IMG/VR virus record: IMGVR_UViG_3300048762_000252
Coordinates: 1 to 64,000 of that record
DNA: 64,000 nucleotides
Strand: one strand, 5' to 3'
From: a virus
Lineage: Duplodnaviria; Caudoviricetes
Shown: piece by piece, positions 28,253 to 38,514 of the stretch
How the letters are laid out: each line of letters opens with the position of its first letter
How positions within the stretch are numbered: position 1 is the first letter of the stretch
Translations under genes and position numbers: made by a program
The notes under the pieces: generated by a model
The model's database searches: none
Told to the model about the DNA's origin: nothing
The model's input: the letters and a program-made list of their open reading frames with translations, nothing else

Positions 28253-31120
28253 ATGGCTTTTCAAATTAGTCCGGGCATTAATACCTCGGAAATTGACCTT
28301 ACCACAATCGTACCTACGGTCGGAACTACTGTTGGAGCAATAGCCGGTCCATTTCGTTGGGGTCCTGCGAACAAACCAATGCTCATTGACAGCGAGCTTA
28401 CACTGGTGAATACATTTGGTAAGCCTGATAATAACACAGCAAACACTTGGTTTACTGCTGCCAACTTCCTCGCCTATGGCAACGCCCTTCAAACGGTTCG
28501 TGTTGTAAAGGAAAGTGTTGGACACAAGAATGCCACTGCTGATGGATCAGGAGTTCTCATTTCAAATGATGACGTTTACTTAAACAACTACGCTAATGGT
28601 CAAGGGAATGTCGGTATGTTTGCAGCCAAGTATCCTGGCGATCTTGGAAACAGTCTTACGGTGTCTATGGCTGATGCGAATAGTTTCAATTCATGGCCAT
28701 ACAAAATGAATTTCACATCTGCACCCGGCACGTCCACTTTGGTGGCGAATGGCGGCGGATCTAACGATGAATTACACATCGTTGTCATCGATAGTCTTGG
28801 TTGGTGGACAGGTGAAGCTGGAACAGTTCTCGAACCGTTTCCATTCGTTTCAAAATGTGCCGCTGCGAAGTACGAAGATGGCAGTACGATCTATTATCCT
28901 GAAGTCATTAACCGTCAATCGAAATATGTTTGGTGGATGGATCATCCAACTAGTGCTGATCTTGGTTTAGATGAAACTCCAAATTGGGGATCTAGTGATT
29001 TCACTTTGAATTATGTAACAATGTCGAAAAAAATTGAAATGAGTTCTCCAGTAGGAAGTTTTACGGTCGGTGAAGTTGTTGCTGGAACTGGTGCAGTCGT
29101 TTCTTCTGGAAGTGGTGCTGTGCTTGGTACCCCAACAATTGGAAGTGGTGGAATCTTGACAATACCGCTTGGTAGTGGAGGATCTGGCTATCTTGTGGCT
29201 CCGAATGTTATCATCTCTGGTACAGGTACGCTCGCAACTGCAACCGCAGTTCTCACTGGCAATGCTGTAACAAGCTTTGTCATAACAAACGCTGGTGTAA
29301 ATTACACTGGAACACCAACAGCAACAGTATCTTCTGGTAGTGGATGTACGGCATCCTGTGTAGTAAACGGTACTTCACATACTGTAACGGGAGTCAATTC
29401 CCTTGTTGCTGGTTCTGGCTACACCAGCGTACCGACCATTACATTTACTGACGATGGTAGCACACATGTAACAGGACACGCAATTCTTGGAACAGGCGCA
29501 CAGGCTGGTACAGTAACAAGTATCGTCATTGATAATCCCGGTATTGCTGTAACCACAGCAACAGTTGCAATTACAGCAGTTGGAAGTGGAGCGACAGCCG
29601 GAACAATTACACTGAACACCAATACGATTATCAAAGGAACTGGTTCCATCGCAGTTGTTAATGGTGGATCTGGTTATGTCGGTGCTCCGACAGTTTCAAT
29701 TACCGGTGGCAGCGGTAACAGCGCAACGGCAACTTGCCATGTGACGAATGGTATTATTGATTTGGTTACTGTTACGGCTGGTGGTACGGGTTACACTGGA
29801 ACGCCAGTTGCATCAATTGTTCCTGTTGGTAGTGGAGCAACAGCAGTTGTTGAAATAAACAATACAGGACGTGTTATATCTTTGACACCAGTTGCAACTG
29901 GTTCTGGATATAGCGACGGAACTCCTCCAACAGTCGTTATTTCTGGACCGGGAGTTGGTGCAAATATTACTGTAAATATTGTAGGTGGTGCTGTAACAAG
30001 TTACACCGTTACGGGAGGCGGTGTAGGATACGAGACAACTTCTGCCACGGTACTAAGTTGGGCGGATTCGATTTTAACAATATCACCAATTAGTGGTACT
30101 TTTACCATCCCAATGGAACTTACTGGTATTTCATCTGGTGCAACAGCAGACATTGTGGCAATAACTGGTGGTGAAATTGATAAAAACCTTTCTGGCGGCG
30201 TCGATGCAAATGATATCCTCCAAGATGGTGATTATCAGGCAACCACAACTGGTGCTCCTGCTGGTTATGCAATGTTTCAATCTGGCGAAGACATTGATGT
30301 GTCTCTTGTTCTGGGTGCCGATGCAGATCAAGAAACTGCTTTGTATCTCGTCAATGATATTGCTGAATATAGAAAGGACTGTGTGACATTCCTTTCACCA
30401 CCACTTAGCACAGTGCTTAATAATAATGGTAATGAAGCTGTGGACATTATCGCATTCCGTAATTTGCTGCCAAGCTCTTCTTATGCTGTCATGGACAGTG
30501 GATGGAAATATCAATACGACAAATACAATGATATCTACCGTTGGGTTCCGCTCAATGGTGATGTTGCTGGCTTGTGTGTTCGTACTGACACTTTGCGTGA
30601 TCCGTGGTGGTCTCCTGCCGGTTACAATCGTGGCATGATCCAAAATGTAGTTCGTCTGGCATGGAACCCACGTCAATCATACAGAGATATGATGTATTCG
30701 GCTGGTATCAACGCTGTTATTTCTCAAGCCGGTCAAGGTACTCTTCTGTATGGCGATAAGACCATGTTGATCAAGCCAAGCGCATTCGACAGAATCAATG
30801 TACGTCGTTTGTTTATCGTCTTGGAAAAATCAATTTCTGCTGCGGCAAAGTATACTTTGTTCGAGTTTAATGATGCGTTTACTCAAGCTCAATTTGTGAA
30901 CATGGTTTCGCCTTATTTGAGTGATGTAATGGGCAGACGTGGTATTTACGATTTTCGTGTAGTTTGCGATTCAACGAACAATACACCAACTGTCGTGGAT
31001 GCTAATCAATTCATTGGTGACATATATGTCAAACCTGCAAGATCGATAAACTTCATTCAGCTTAACTTCGTTGCTGTACGTACAGGAGTGGATTTTAGTG
31101 AAATTGTTGGTCAATTTTAG
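28253..31120 (+). CDS. gp18: Tail sheath protein with large Gly/Thr-rich insertion
   Basis: SPGINTSEIDLT N-terminus; WWSPAGYNRG, FDRINVRRLF, KPARSINFI C-terminus. Confidence 0.96.
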   Translation: MAFQISPGINTSEIDLTTIVPTVGTTVGAIAGPFRWGPANKPMLIDSELTLVNTFGKPDNNTANTWFTAANFLAYGNALQTVRVVKESVGHKNATADGSGVLISNDDVYLNNYANGQGNVGMFAAKYPGDLGNSLTVSMADANSFNSWPYKMNFTSAPGTSTLVANGGGSNDELHIVVIDSLGWWTGEAGTVLEPFPFVSKCAAAKYEDGSTIYYPEVINRQSKYVWWMDHPTSADLGLDETPNWGSSDFTLNYVTMSKKIEMSSPVGSFTVGEVVAGTGAVVSSGSGAVLGTPTIGSGGILTIPLGSGGSGYLVAPNVIISGTGTLATATAVLTGNAVTSFVITNAGVNYTGTPTATVSSGSGCTASCVVNGTSHTVTGVNSLVAGSGYTSVPTITFTDDGSTHVTGHAILGTGAQAGTVTSIVIDNPGIAVTTATVAITAVGSGATAGTITLNTNTIIKGTGSIAVVNGGSGYVGAPTVSITGGSGNSATATCHVTNGIIDLVTVTAGGTGYTGTPVASIVPVGSGATAVVEINNTGRVISLTPVATGSGYSDGTPPTVVISGPGVGANITVNIVGGAVTSYTVTGGGVGYETTSATVLSWADSILTISPISGTFTIPMELTGISSGATADIVAITGGEIDKNLSGGVDANDILQDGDYQATTTGAPAGYAMFQSGEDIDVSLVLGADADQETALYLVNDIAEYRKDCVTFLSPPLSTVLNNNGNEAVDIIAFRNLLPSSSYAVMDSGWKYQYDKYNDIYRWVPLNGDVAGLCVRTDTLRDPWWSPAGYNRGMIQNVVRLAWNPRQSYRDMMYSAGINAVISQAGQGTLLYGDKTMLIKPSAFDRINVRRLFIVLEKSISAAAKYTLFEFNDAFTQAQFVNMVSPYLSDVMGRRGIYDFRVVCDSTNNTPTVVDANQFIGDIYVKPARSINFIQLNFVAVRTGVDFSEIVGQF

Positions 31121-31166
31121 GCTTGTGTTAAGACGTGTCTAAATATTAATTCAGAGGTTACAAAAT

Positions 31167-31706
31167 ATGCCATTTACCGTAAACGACTTTCGTGCAAAAC
31201 TCCAATATGGTGGAGCGAGACAGAACCTCTTTGAAGTTCGTCTGCCGTTTCCTCCTGTCTCTCAAGGAACTTCCAATACAGAACAATTTGCCTTTATGTG
31301 CAAGGCAGCGTCTCTGCCACCTGAAGAAGTTGGCGTAATTGCTGTTCCGTATTTTGGCCGTTCGATTAAAGTTCCCGGAGATCGTACATTCCCCGAATGG
31401 CAGGTAACAGTTATCAATGACGAAGGTTTCGAGTTACGTGACACCTTTGAACGTTGGTCGAATGCCATTAATGGGCATTTCTCCAACTTGCGTGATCCTG
31501 CTGCACAATTTACCAGCGGCTTTATGGTCAATGCTTCCGTGCTCCAATACAACAAGATTGGAGATGTTATCAAGGAATACGACATGATCGGTCTTTGGCC
31601 GTCTGCGGTCACTCAGATTGATTTGGGATGGGATCAAAATGATACCATTGAAGATTTCCAGGTGACACTACAATACGCTTGGTGGGAAAGTACAACTACT
31701 GCGTAA
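31167..31706 (+). CDS. gp19: Tail tube protein
   Basis: GGARQNLF, CKAASLP, YFGRSIKVPGDRTFPEW motifs. Confidence 0.95.
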   Translation: MPFTVNDFRAKLQYGGARQNLFEVRLPFPPVSQGTSNTEQFAFMCKAASLPPEEVGVIAVPYFGRSIKVPGDRTFPEWQVTVINDEGFELRDTFERWSNAINGHFSNLRDPAAQFTSGFMVNASVLQYNKIGDVIKEYDMIGLWPSAVTQIDLGWDQNDTIEDFQVTLQYAWWESTTTA

Positions 31707-31794
31707 TCAATAACTTACGAGGAATAGTAAACCTAGTACATTAGAAAATAAAAGACTTCCTGAAAATGATGTCTATATAGGTCTGGAGGCAGAA

Positions 31795-32682
31795 ATGCAC
31801 CAGACCTATTTTGTTTATAAACTGACATGTCGTGAAACTGGAAAGAGTTACATTGGTGTTAGTAACAATCCCAAGCGCCGCCTGTGGGAACACAGAAAGT
31901 GCGCTCGATTAAATCCTAAATTTGTAATTCATCATGCAATGAAAAAGCACGGTCCAGATACATTTGATTTAACTGTGTTGTATGAAAATTCTGATAAAAG
32001 GTATGTGTATGAAGAAATGGAACCATTTTTTATAAATGAATACAAAACATTGGTTCCTCAAGGATACAACATGACAACAGGTGGTGAAGGAAGTCCAACA
32101 CTAACAACTTCAGAAGAGACCCGATACAAACGTAGCGAAGCTGCCAAAGCGCAACACGCCGATCCAGTAAAGAAAGCCACACATAAAGCCGCAATGAAAG
32201 AGATGTCACAACGCCAAGAAGTACGGCAACAACGTTCTGAATCCGCTAATAAGCGTTGGTCTGATCCTGCATTTGAAGCAAAAATGCAAGTCAAATATGC
32301 AACACCGGAATCTCAAGAAAAAAGAAGTAAAGCGGCTGCTCGACCTTGTTCTGAAGAGACAAAAGAAAAAATTCGTCAATCTCAAATAGGAAAACCAAGA
32401 AGGCCGCATACAGTCGAAGAAAAGAATCGTTTGCAAGCTGCATGGACACCAGAAGCAAAAGAAAAACAAAGGCAAATAATGCTTGGAACGAAGCGTGGAT
32501 CTTATCACATCGATCCGACTAAACCAAGAAAAAAGTTTTCTGAAGAAACACTACAACGAATCCGTGCCGCTGCTCAAAGGCGTGGTGAGTTAATGAAAGG
32601 AAGAAAACTCTCTGAAGAAACCAAACAGAAAATGAGCATTGCTCAAAGCAACCGGCAAAAGGTCGCTAACGCTATATCCTAA
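31795..32682 (+). CDS. GIY-YIG homing endonuclease
   Basis: VYKLT...GKSYIG...RRLWEH, GYNMTTGG, SEETK repeats. Confidence 0.9.
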   Translation: MHQTYFVYKLTCRETGKSYIGVSNNPKRRLWEHRKCARLNPKFVIHHAMKKHGPDTFDLTVLYENSDKRYVYEEMEPFFINEYKTLVPQGYNMTTGGEGSPTLTTSEETRYKRSEAAKAQHADPVKKATHKAAMKEMSQRQEVRQQRSESANKRWSDPAFEAKMQVKYATPESQEKRSKAAARPCSEETKEKIRQSQIGKPRRPHTVEEKNRLQAAWTPEAKEKQRQIMLGTKRGSYHIDPTKPRKKFSEETLQRIRAAAQRRGELMKGRKLSEETKQKMSIAQSNRQKVANAIS

Positions 32683-32696
32683 ATATAGATAATAAT

Positions 32697-34505
32697 ATGG
32701 CATATAATTTGTTCGGGTTTTTATTTCGTGATAAAAAGAAAGGTACGCAAGAGCAACCTCTATCATTTGCGCCACCATCGAACGATGACGGTGCCATTGT
32801 CATTGAACAAGGTGGTGCGTTCGCATCTGTAATCGATCTAGACGGCATTGTCAAGAATGAAATCGAACTTATCACCAAGTATCGTGAAATGTCACAACGT
32901 TCCGAAGTTGAAGGTGCAATTAGTGAGATCGTCAACGAATCCATCGTCACAGAAGAAGAGAAGTCACCTGTAGCTTTGGTTGCAGATAAGCTGAATTATT
33001 CTGAAGACATTAAAAAGAAAATCACAGACGAATTCGAGAATGTTTTAAACATGCTGGACTTCAACAATGAAGGACAAGACATTTTCCGGCGCTGGTACAT
33101 TGACGGGCGACTGTACTTTCACATGGTGATTGATCCACAGAACCCACGTGATGGCATTCAAGAAATCCGATACATTGATCCACGCCGCATCAAGCCAGTC
33201 ATTGAAGTTGAAACCTTCATATCGCAAGATGGCGTACCGATGCAGACAGAAAAGCAGCGGTACTATGTTTACAATCAATTTGGAACAGATGCTACTACAG
33301 CGACCACGGGTGTGAAAATTGCATGGGATTCGATTTGTTATGTTCATTCAGGCATCCAAGAAACAAACAATACGATGATTTTGGGCTATCTTCACAAAGC
33401 TTTGAAGCCATCAAATATGCTTACAATGATCGAAGATGCCAGTGTCATCTATCGTCTCTCACGTGCTCCCGAGCGTCGTATTTTCTACATTGATGTTGGA
33501 AACCTTCCAAAGTTGAAGGCCGAACAGTATCTCAAAGACATCATGTCGAAGTATAGAAACAAGATGGTCTATGATGCTACGACAGGCGAAATTCGAGAAG
33601 ATAAAAAGTTTCTCAGCTTCATGGAAGACTATTGGCTACCACGTAGAGAAGGCGGCAGAGGCACGGAAATCAGCACGTTGCCGGGTGGTGAAAATCTTGG
33701 TGAGATGGCTGACATCGAATACTTCAAAGAGAAATTATATCAGGCTCTCAATGTGCCGGTCAGTCGCTTGAAGAGTGAATCAACCATGAGTTTCGGTGGA
33801 CAGGGAGAAGTCATTACCCGTGAAGAAGTAAAATTCGGCAAGTTTGTTTATCGTATTCGCAATCGGTTCACTGAGTTATTTGATGTATTGCTTTCTACAC
33901 AGTTGATGTTAAAAGGTATCATTGCGAAGGAAGATTGGAGAGTAATTCGTCAGAAAATTTTCTACAGCTTTTTGAAAGATACCTATTACTCCGAAATGAA
34001 AAATTTGGAAATTTTACAAAGCCGTATTGCCGCAGTTCAAAATTTCATGCAAGTTGCTGGCAAGTTGGTTTCGTGGGAATGGGTGCGGCGTAATCTCTTG
34101 ATGCAGACTGACGATGAGATGAAACAACTCGACAGTCAAATGCTTAAGGAAAAGTCTGATCCTCGTTATCAATCTCTTGAAGCCATGACTGGTGGTATGA
34201 TGCCTCCGGGTGGCGGTATGCCGGGTGATATGGGCGGCGGTATGGATCAAGGTATGGGTGGTGGCGCAGGCGAAGAAGGTGGAGAAGAAGGTGGGCAAGA
34301 AGGTCCAGAACAGGATGGACAGGAACAAGGTGATGAAGACGAACAGCAACAAGGTCCACCATCGCCAGGACCGACACAAGAACAAATTCCTGCAACTGGC
34401 GGTGATGATGGTGCAAGATCAGGAGAAGAAGAAGAACCTCTTGACCCGGACGATCTGCCCACAGAACGAGTAACCAGAAATATAGAGCGGCTGTTCCAAC
34501 GTTAA
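32697..34505 (+). CDS. gp20: Portal protein with acidic low-complexity C-terminal tail
   Basis: WYIDGR, IYRLSRAPERRIFYIDVGNLPK, EDYWLPRREGGRGTEISTLPGG. Confidence 0.97.
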   Translation: MAYNLFGFLFRDKKKGTQEQPLSFAPPSNDDGAIVIEQGGAFASVIDLDGIVKNEIELITKYREMSQRSEVEGAISEIVNESIVTEEEKSPVALVADKLNYSEDIKKKITDEFENVLNMLDFNNEGQDIFRRWYIDGRLYFHMVIDPQNPRDGIQEIRYIDPRRIKPVIEVETFISQDGVPMQTEKQRYYVYNQFGTDATTATTGVKIAWDSICYVHSGIQETNNTMILGYLHKALKPSNMLTMIEDASVIYRLSRAPERRIFYIDVGNLPKLKAEQYLKDIMSKYRNKMVYDATTGEIREDKKFLSFMEDYWLPRREGGRGTEISTLPGGENLGEMADIEYFKEKLYQALNVPVSRLKSESTMSFGGQGEVITREEVKFGKFVYRIRNRFTELFDVLLSTQLMLKGIIAKEDWRVIRQKIFYSFLKDTYYSEMKNLEILQSRIAAVQNFMQVAGKLVSWEWVRRNLLMQTDDEMKQLDSQMLKEKSDPRYQSLEAMTGGMMPPGGGMPGDMGGGMDQGMGGGAGEEGGEEGGQEGPEQDGQEQGDEDEQQQGPPSPGPTQEQIPATGGDDGARSGEEEEPLDPDDLPTERVTRNIERLFQR

Positions 34506-34522
34506 ATTAAGAGGTGGCAGCA

Positions 34523-34954
34523 ATGTCTGAAAGTTTATCAACATATCAAGGTGAACCATGTAAATGTGGTGCTACAGAAAAATATGTAAAGAATAAGAAT
34601 TGTGTTGGGTGTGCGAGAAAACGTAATCGTGAAACTGTACGCATATGGAGACGCAATCATCCTGAACGGGTAGTGAAACAAAATCATAATTACAATTTAA
34701 CACACCGCAAACAAATAACTGAGAGAAACAGAACACGTCTGTATGGAATTTCTCCAGACATGTATAATCATTTGATGTTCCTTCAAAAAGGTATCTGTAT
34801 TGGTTGCCCGAATCCCGCAACTGAAGTAGATCACGATCACAAAACAGGAAAAGTTCGAGGATTGCTTTGTCCTCTTTGCAATAAACTATTAGGTCTTGCC
34901 AAAGACAATCCAACAATACTTCATAATTTGGCAAATTATCTTGAAACATCATAA
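34523..34954 (+). CDS. Endonuclease VII-type HNH homing endonuclease
   Basis: YGIS...QKGIC..C...VDHDHKTGKVRGLLCPLCNKLLG..KDNP. Confidence 0.9.
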   Translation: MSESLSTYQGEPCKCGATEKYVKNKNCVGCARKRNRETVRIWRRNHPERVVKQNHNYNLTHRKQITERNRTRLYGISPDMYNHLMFLQKGICIGCPNPATEVDHDHKTGKVRGLLCPLCNKLLGLAKDNPTILHNLANYLETS

Positions 34955-34970
34955 ACTAAATACTTTTATT

Positions 34971-35252
34971 ATGAAAACACAAATTTTTGGAGCTAATATA
35001 GGCTATGCGTATAAACGGAAACATCTTGAAATTCCTGCGGTTGAAAATCAAGAATTGAAACATCTTATCGAAAAACCTGTTATGGTGGTCGAAAACCATC
35101 CCAAAGTTGAGCCTGTTGTCGAAGAAACAAAATTGAGTGATAATAACGAAGGTGGCACAGGCGAAGGTGAGATTATAAACCACGCAGTTGAAGGCGGTTG
35201 GAAAGCAAAGCGTGATAAGAAAAAGACAATTCAAGAAAAGCCAGCGGAGTAA
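34971..35252 (+). CDS. Hypothetical protein
   Basis: TAAATA promoter 8 nt before ATG. Confidence 0.6.
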   Translation: MKTQIFGANIGYAYKRKHLEIPAVENQELKHLIEKPVMVVENHPKVEPVVEETKLSDNNEGGTGEGEIINHAVEGGWKAKRDKKKTIQEKPAE

Positions 35253-35255
35253 TGA

Positions 35256-35894
35256 ATGTCTACAATACACATCTTATTTGGTACTTCATCTTTTGTTAAA
35301 AATAGAGTATTGGAAACGCTAAGTGGAAAATCAAATTTCACGGCGACTATACCTATTTCTCAGACAACTTATCTCGACGGTAAGGTTCCACAAACCGGAA
35401 CCAATCTAGGAACAATGGGTTATCGAATTGGAGCATCAGATAGAAATCCTGGCGAAATTTCTAATGAGATGGAAGGCTTTGTGGTGTTAAATCAAACCAA
35501 TGGAAAAGTGTTTCAAACCATTGGTGGACAATGGTGTGCTTTAGGATCGATTGGAAATTTAGATTTTCTTGATCCTACTTTGCTTCCATCATGGTACAAT
35601 AATATTCCAAATGGACCTTCTGCATATCGAGTAGGATGTTTTGGTCTTGACGAATCAAATTATAGTGGCGCTGCGGATGGATATCCAAATGGATTTCTTG
35701 TGGAAAATCAATCCACCGGAAATGCTTTTGTAGTATCTGGAGGAACGGAAACCGATGGAGTTTGGTCTGGTGGAATATGGGGAACCGGGACTTTTTCAAA
35801 AGAACTTCAAACTGCATGGTTAGAGAATGAAGGTATCACCTATATTAGATCGGGTAATATGGTTTGCATAACAGGAAAGGCAAAAATTGCATAA
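35256..35894 (+). CDS. Hypothetical protein with internal duplication (GFxVxNQxxG twice), probably structural
   Basis: ORF in late block. Confidence 0.7.
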   Translation: MSTIHILFGTSSFVKNRVLETLSGKSNFTATIPISQTTYLDGKVPQTGTNLGTMGYRIGASDRNPGEISNEMEGFVVLNQTNGKVFQTIGGQWCALGSIGNLDFLDPTLLPSWYNNIPNGPSAYRVGCFGLDESNYSGAADGYPNGFLVENQSTGNAFVVSGGTETDGVWSGGIWGTGTFSKELQTAWLENEGITYIRSGNMVCITGKAKIA

Positions 35895-35948
35895 TGCAAA
35901 GGGTAGCAACGAAAAGAGATAAATATTAATTTGGGAGAGCTATATCAC

Positions 35949-38090
35949 ATGAGTAAATCAATCGTCGGACTAATCGCAGAGAATCAATCAAGTGAAGCTG
36001 TCTCTGTCGTCAACAAGGCTTTAGCAAAGAAACTCTTGTGTGCTATTTCTGAACAAGCAAGTGAAGTCGCACGACAGGCGTATGGCACTCTCGAAGAGTA
36101 CTATGGTGGTGATGAACAACCGGACTACACGAACAATTCGGACAGCGCTTACGCTACATTCTTTCAAAACGCTTTACGCAAGTTTGGTGTTACGGGACCA
36201 GAAGACTTCAAAGATGATGTTACGAAACAACGATTTTTCGACTATGTAGACCATAATTGGAGGGCGCAAGACTCCGTACAGAATCCAATTCAAGGCGCTA
36301 ATGGCGGCAGCATGGAAAATGGCACACAGACACAACTTCCCGCTCCTGCTGCTCCACCACAAGCTCCAATAGCTCCTACGCAGGATTCTACACCAACTAC
36401 GGCCCAAGGTAATGATCCTAGTGTGGCTACAATGGCTCCAGCAGGGCCTACAATCAATCAAACGGCTCCAATGGGACAGCAAGGCTCAGATCCAACATTG
36501 AATGGCGCACAGAACCAGCAAACGTTTACTGGTCAGGGTCCAGCCGCCGATCAATATGCGGGTGGTTCTCAACAGCAGAGTAGCGGCTCCAATTTTGGTC
36601 TTCCAGATCAAAATGCTTGCCCATATTGCAAAGGTTCTGGTAAGGCAGCTTGCCCGACTTGTGGCAGACCTCACGGACTTGATAATCAACAACCGGGCGC
36701 TCCAGGCGGCGAAGATCAAGATCCAAATCTTGAAATTGGCCCAGAAGGTTCCGAAGACGGAATGGATGATGAACAGGGTCTCGAAGGTGGCGAACAAGAT
36801 CCTAATGGAGAAAATATCGACGGTGGTATGGGTGACGAAAGCGGCATGGAAGGCGAAGAAGGCGGCGATGAAATGGGTGCCGATCAACAGACTCCAGGCG
36901 GTGAAGGTGAAGATGTCGATGATCCATTTGACGATGAAGATGCCTATTCTATCGACGCAAGCGACTTTAATGGTGCTGGCGGCGAAGATGATGGTACTGG
37001 CGGTGCTGCTGGTGGCGAAGGTGGCGAAGATTTAGGTGACGACGAAGGTGGCAATTTAGGCGGTGAAGGTGAAGAAGAAGGCAGCGAAGATTTAGGTGAC
37101 GATGAAACCGGAGATGAAGAAGGTGACGAAGATCTAGGTGCCGATGACGAAGGTGGCGAACCTGATGATGAAGAAGACCCGGATTTAGAAGTTGGTGCTG
37201 AAGGTGCTGGTGATGAAGAAGGTGACGATGAAGCAGTAGTAGCTCCTAAAAAGGCTCCATTTGGTAAAGCACCCGCAAAAGTAGCTGAAGATTTTGGATT
37301 CGGATTAGACAATGCCGAAGATGCTGTGTTTCTCACTGAAGCTGGTTTAATGATGCAAGCAAAACCAGAGCCAGTCGATCCAGGTTTAAACAAAATCATC
37401 ACTTATGTCCAGCAACAATTGAGCAAGATCAAGAAACTTCGTAATACAATGCTCATGCAGCTTCGTAGACAACGTGCAGTGATTAAGAAAGACCCGGCAC
37501 TCGGACCTGAAGAAAAGATGGAAGCTTTGAAGCAACTGGCAATGATGGCAAAAGACAATCGCAAGTTCTTTAAGAGTCAAGCTAAACTCGTGAAAGCAAT
37601 GTTTACTGGCAAGTTGGCTGGTGAAGATGTAGGTGCTCCAGAAGAAGGTGCTCCAGAAGGCGAAGAAGGAATGGAAGGCCAAGACCAAGAGCAGCCACAG
37701 AAAGGTGGATTCCCACCAGTTGAAGGTCAAAACCTGAAGATCCGGGATGATGAAGGCGAAGGCGAAAATGGCGAAGAACCAGAAGTAGAAGACGATGGAG
37801 AATCCGATGAGAAACAACCGGCAAATAATTTTCCACCTAAGAAAAAAGGATTTCCACCAGCCGCCAATGACGATGAAGATGAACCAGAAGCAGATGATAA
37901 CGGCAAGCAAAAGTTTCCCAAAGCCAAAGGCATGACGGAAGACGAACTACAAGAATATGAAAGTTCAGCAGCAATTGAAGGCAAGATCAAAATGCTGCAT
38001 ATGCAGATCTCTTCGCAAGGCGACCCTGGCGGTAGGCGCAGAGCAGCATTGAAAAGTCTGAAAAACCAATTGGCGATGGCACGGAGTTAA
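35949..38090 (+). CDS. Prohead core protein-like (gp67-like N-terminus, long acidic Gly/Asp/Glu region)
   Basis: N-terminal helix resembles T4 gp67; position between gp20 and gp21. Confidence 0.65.
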   Translation: MSKSIVGLIAENQSSEAVSVVNKALAKKLLCAISEQASEVARQAYGTLEEYYGGDEQPDYTNNSDSAYATFFQNALRKFGVTGPEDFKDDVTKQRFFDYVDHNWRAQDSVQNPIQGANGGSMENGTQTQLPAPAAPPQAPIAPTQDSTPTTAQGNDPSVATMAPAGPTINQTAPMGQQGSDPTLNGAQNQQTFTGQGPAADQYAGGSQQQSSGSNFGLPDQNACPYCKGSGKAACPTCGRPHGLDNQQPGAPGGEDQDPNLEIGPEGSEDGMDDEQGLEGGEQDPNGENIDGGMGDESGMEGEEGGDEMGADQQTPGGEGEDVDDPFDDEDAYSIDASDFNGAGGEDDGTGGAAGGEGGEDLGDDEGGNLGGEGEEEGSEDLGDDETGDEEGDEDLGADDEGGEPDDEEDPDLEVGAEGAGDEEGDDEAVVAPKKAPFGKAPAKVAEDFGFGLDNAEDAVFLTEAGLMMQAKPEPVDPGLNKIITYVQQQLSKIKKLRNTMLMQLRRQRAVIKKDPALGPEEKMEALKQLAMMAKDNRKFFKSQAKLVKAMFTGKLAGEDVGAPEEGAPEGEEGMEGQDQEQPQKGGFPPVEGQNLKIRDDEGEGENGEEPEVEDDGESDEKQPANNFPPKKKGFPPAANDDEDEPEADDNGKQKFPKAKGMTEDELQEYESSAAIEGKIKMLHMQISSQGDPGGRRRAALKSLKNQLAMARS

Positions 38091-38091
38091 T

Positions 38092-38514
38092 ATGAATTTC
38101 TTAGATTACATCAAACAAGGCGATGCAGTAAATGCTACGGTACTGATTGAAACCGTACTGAAGCAAAAAACACTTGCACACATTAAGGAACAACGCTCTG
38201 TGGTTGCCGAAATTACCTACAACTTGGCCAAGCAAGAAGATATTGTTGAAGCCGCACATCCGTGGTCGGGCGAATTGACAAAACGTGGGTATAAGAAGAT
38301 TGGAACCCGCCATACTAATGAAAAAAATCTTGGAAGCGTAACAAACCATGATTATTCTCATCCAAATGGATATAAAATCACTTTGCGTAAACATAATCAA
38401 GGTACAGGACATGGTTTCCATATTCAAAGAGCTAATGATGAAAAATCAACTATCTTTGGTGGCGATTTAGGATCGTTGAAATCTAACTTACATTTGATTC
38501 ATAAAGAGGAATGA
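38092..38514 (+). CDS. gp67: gp67-like prohead core protein fused to His-rich module
   Basis: FLDYIKQGDAVNATVLIETVLKQKTLAHIKEQRSVVAEITY resembles T4 gp67. Confidence 0.6.
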   Translation: MNFLDYIKQGDAVNATVLIETVLKQKTLAHIKEQRSVVAEITYNLAKQEDIVEAAHPWSGELTKRGYKKIGTRHTNEKNLGSVTNHDYSHPNGYKITLRKHNQGTGHGFHIQRANDEKSTIFGGDLGSLKSNLHLIHKEE

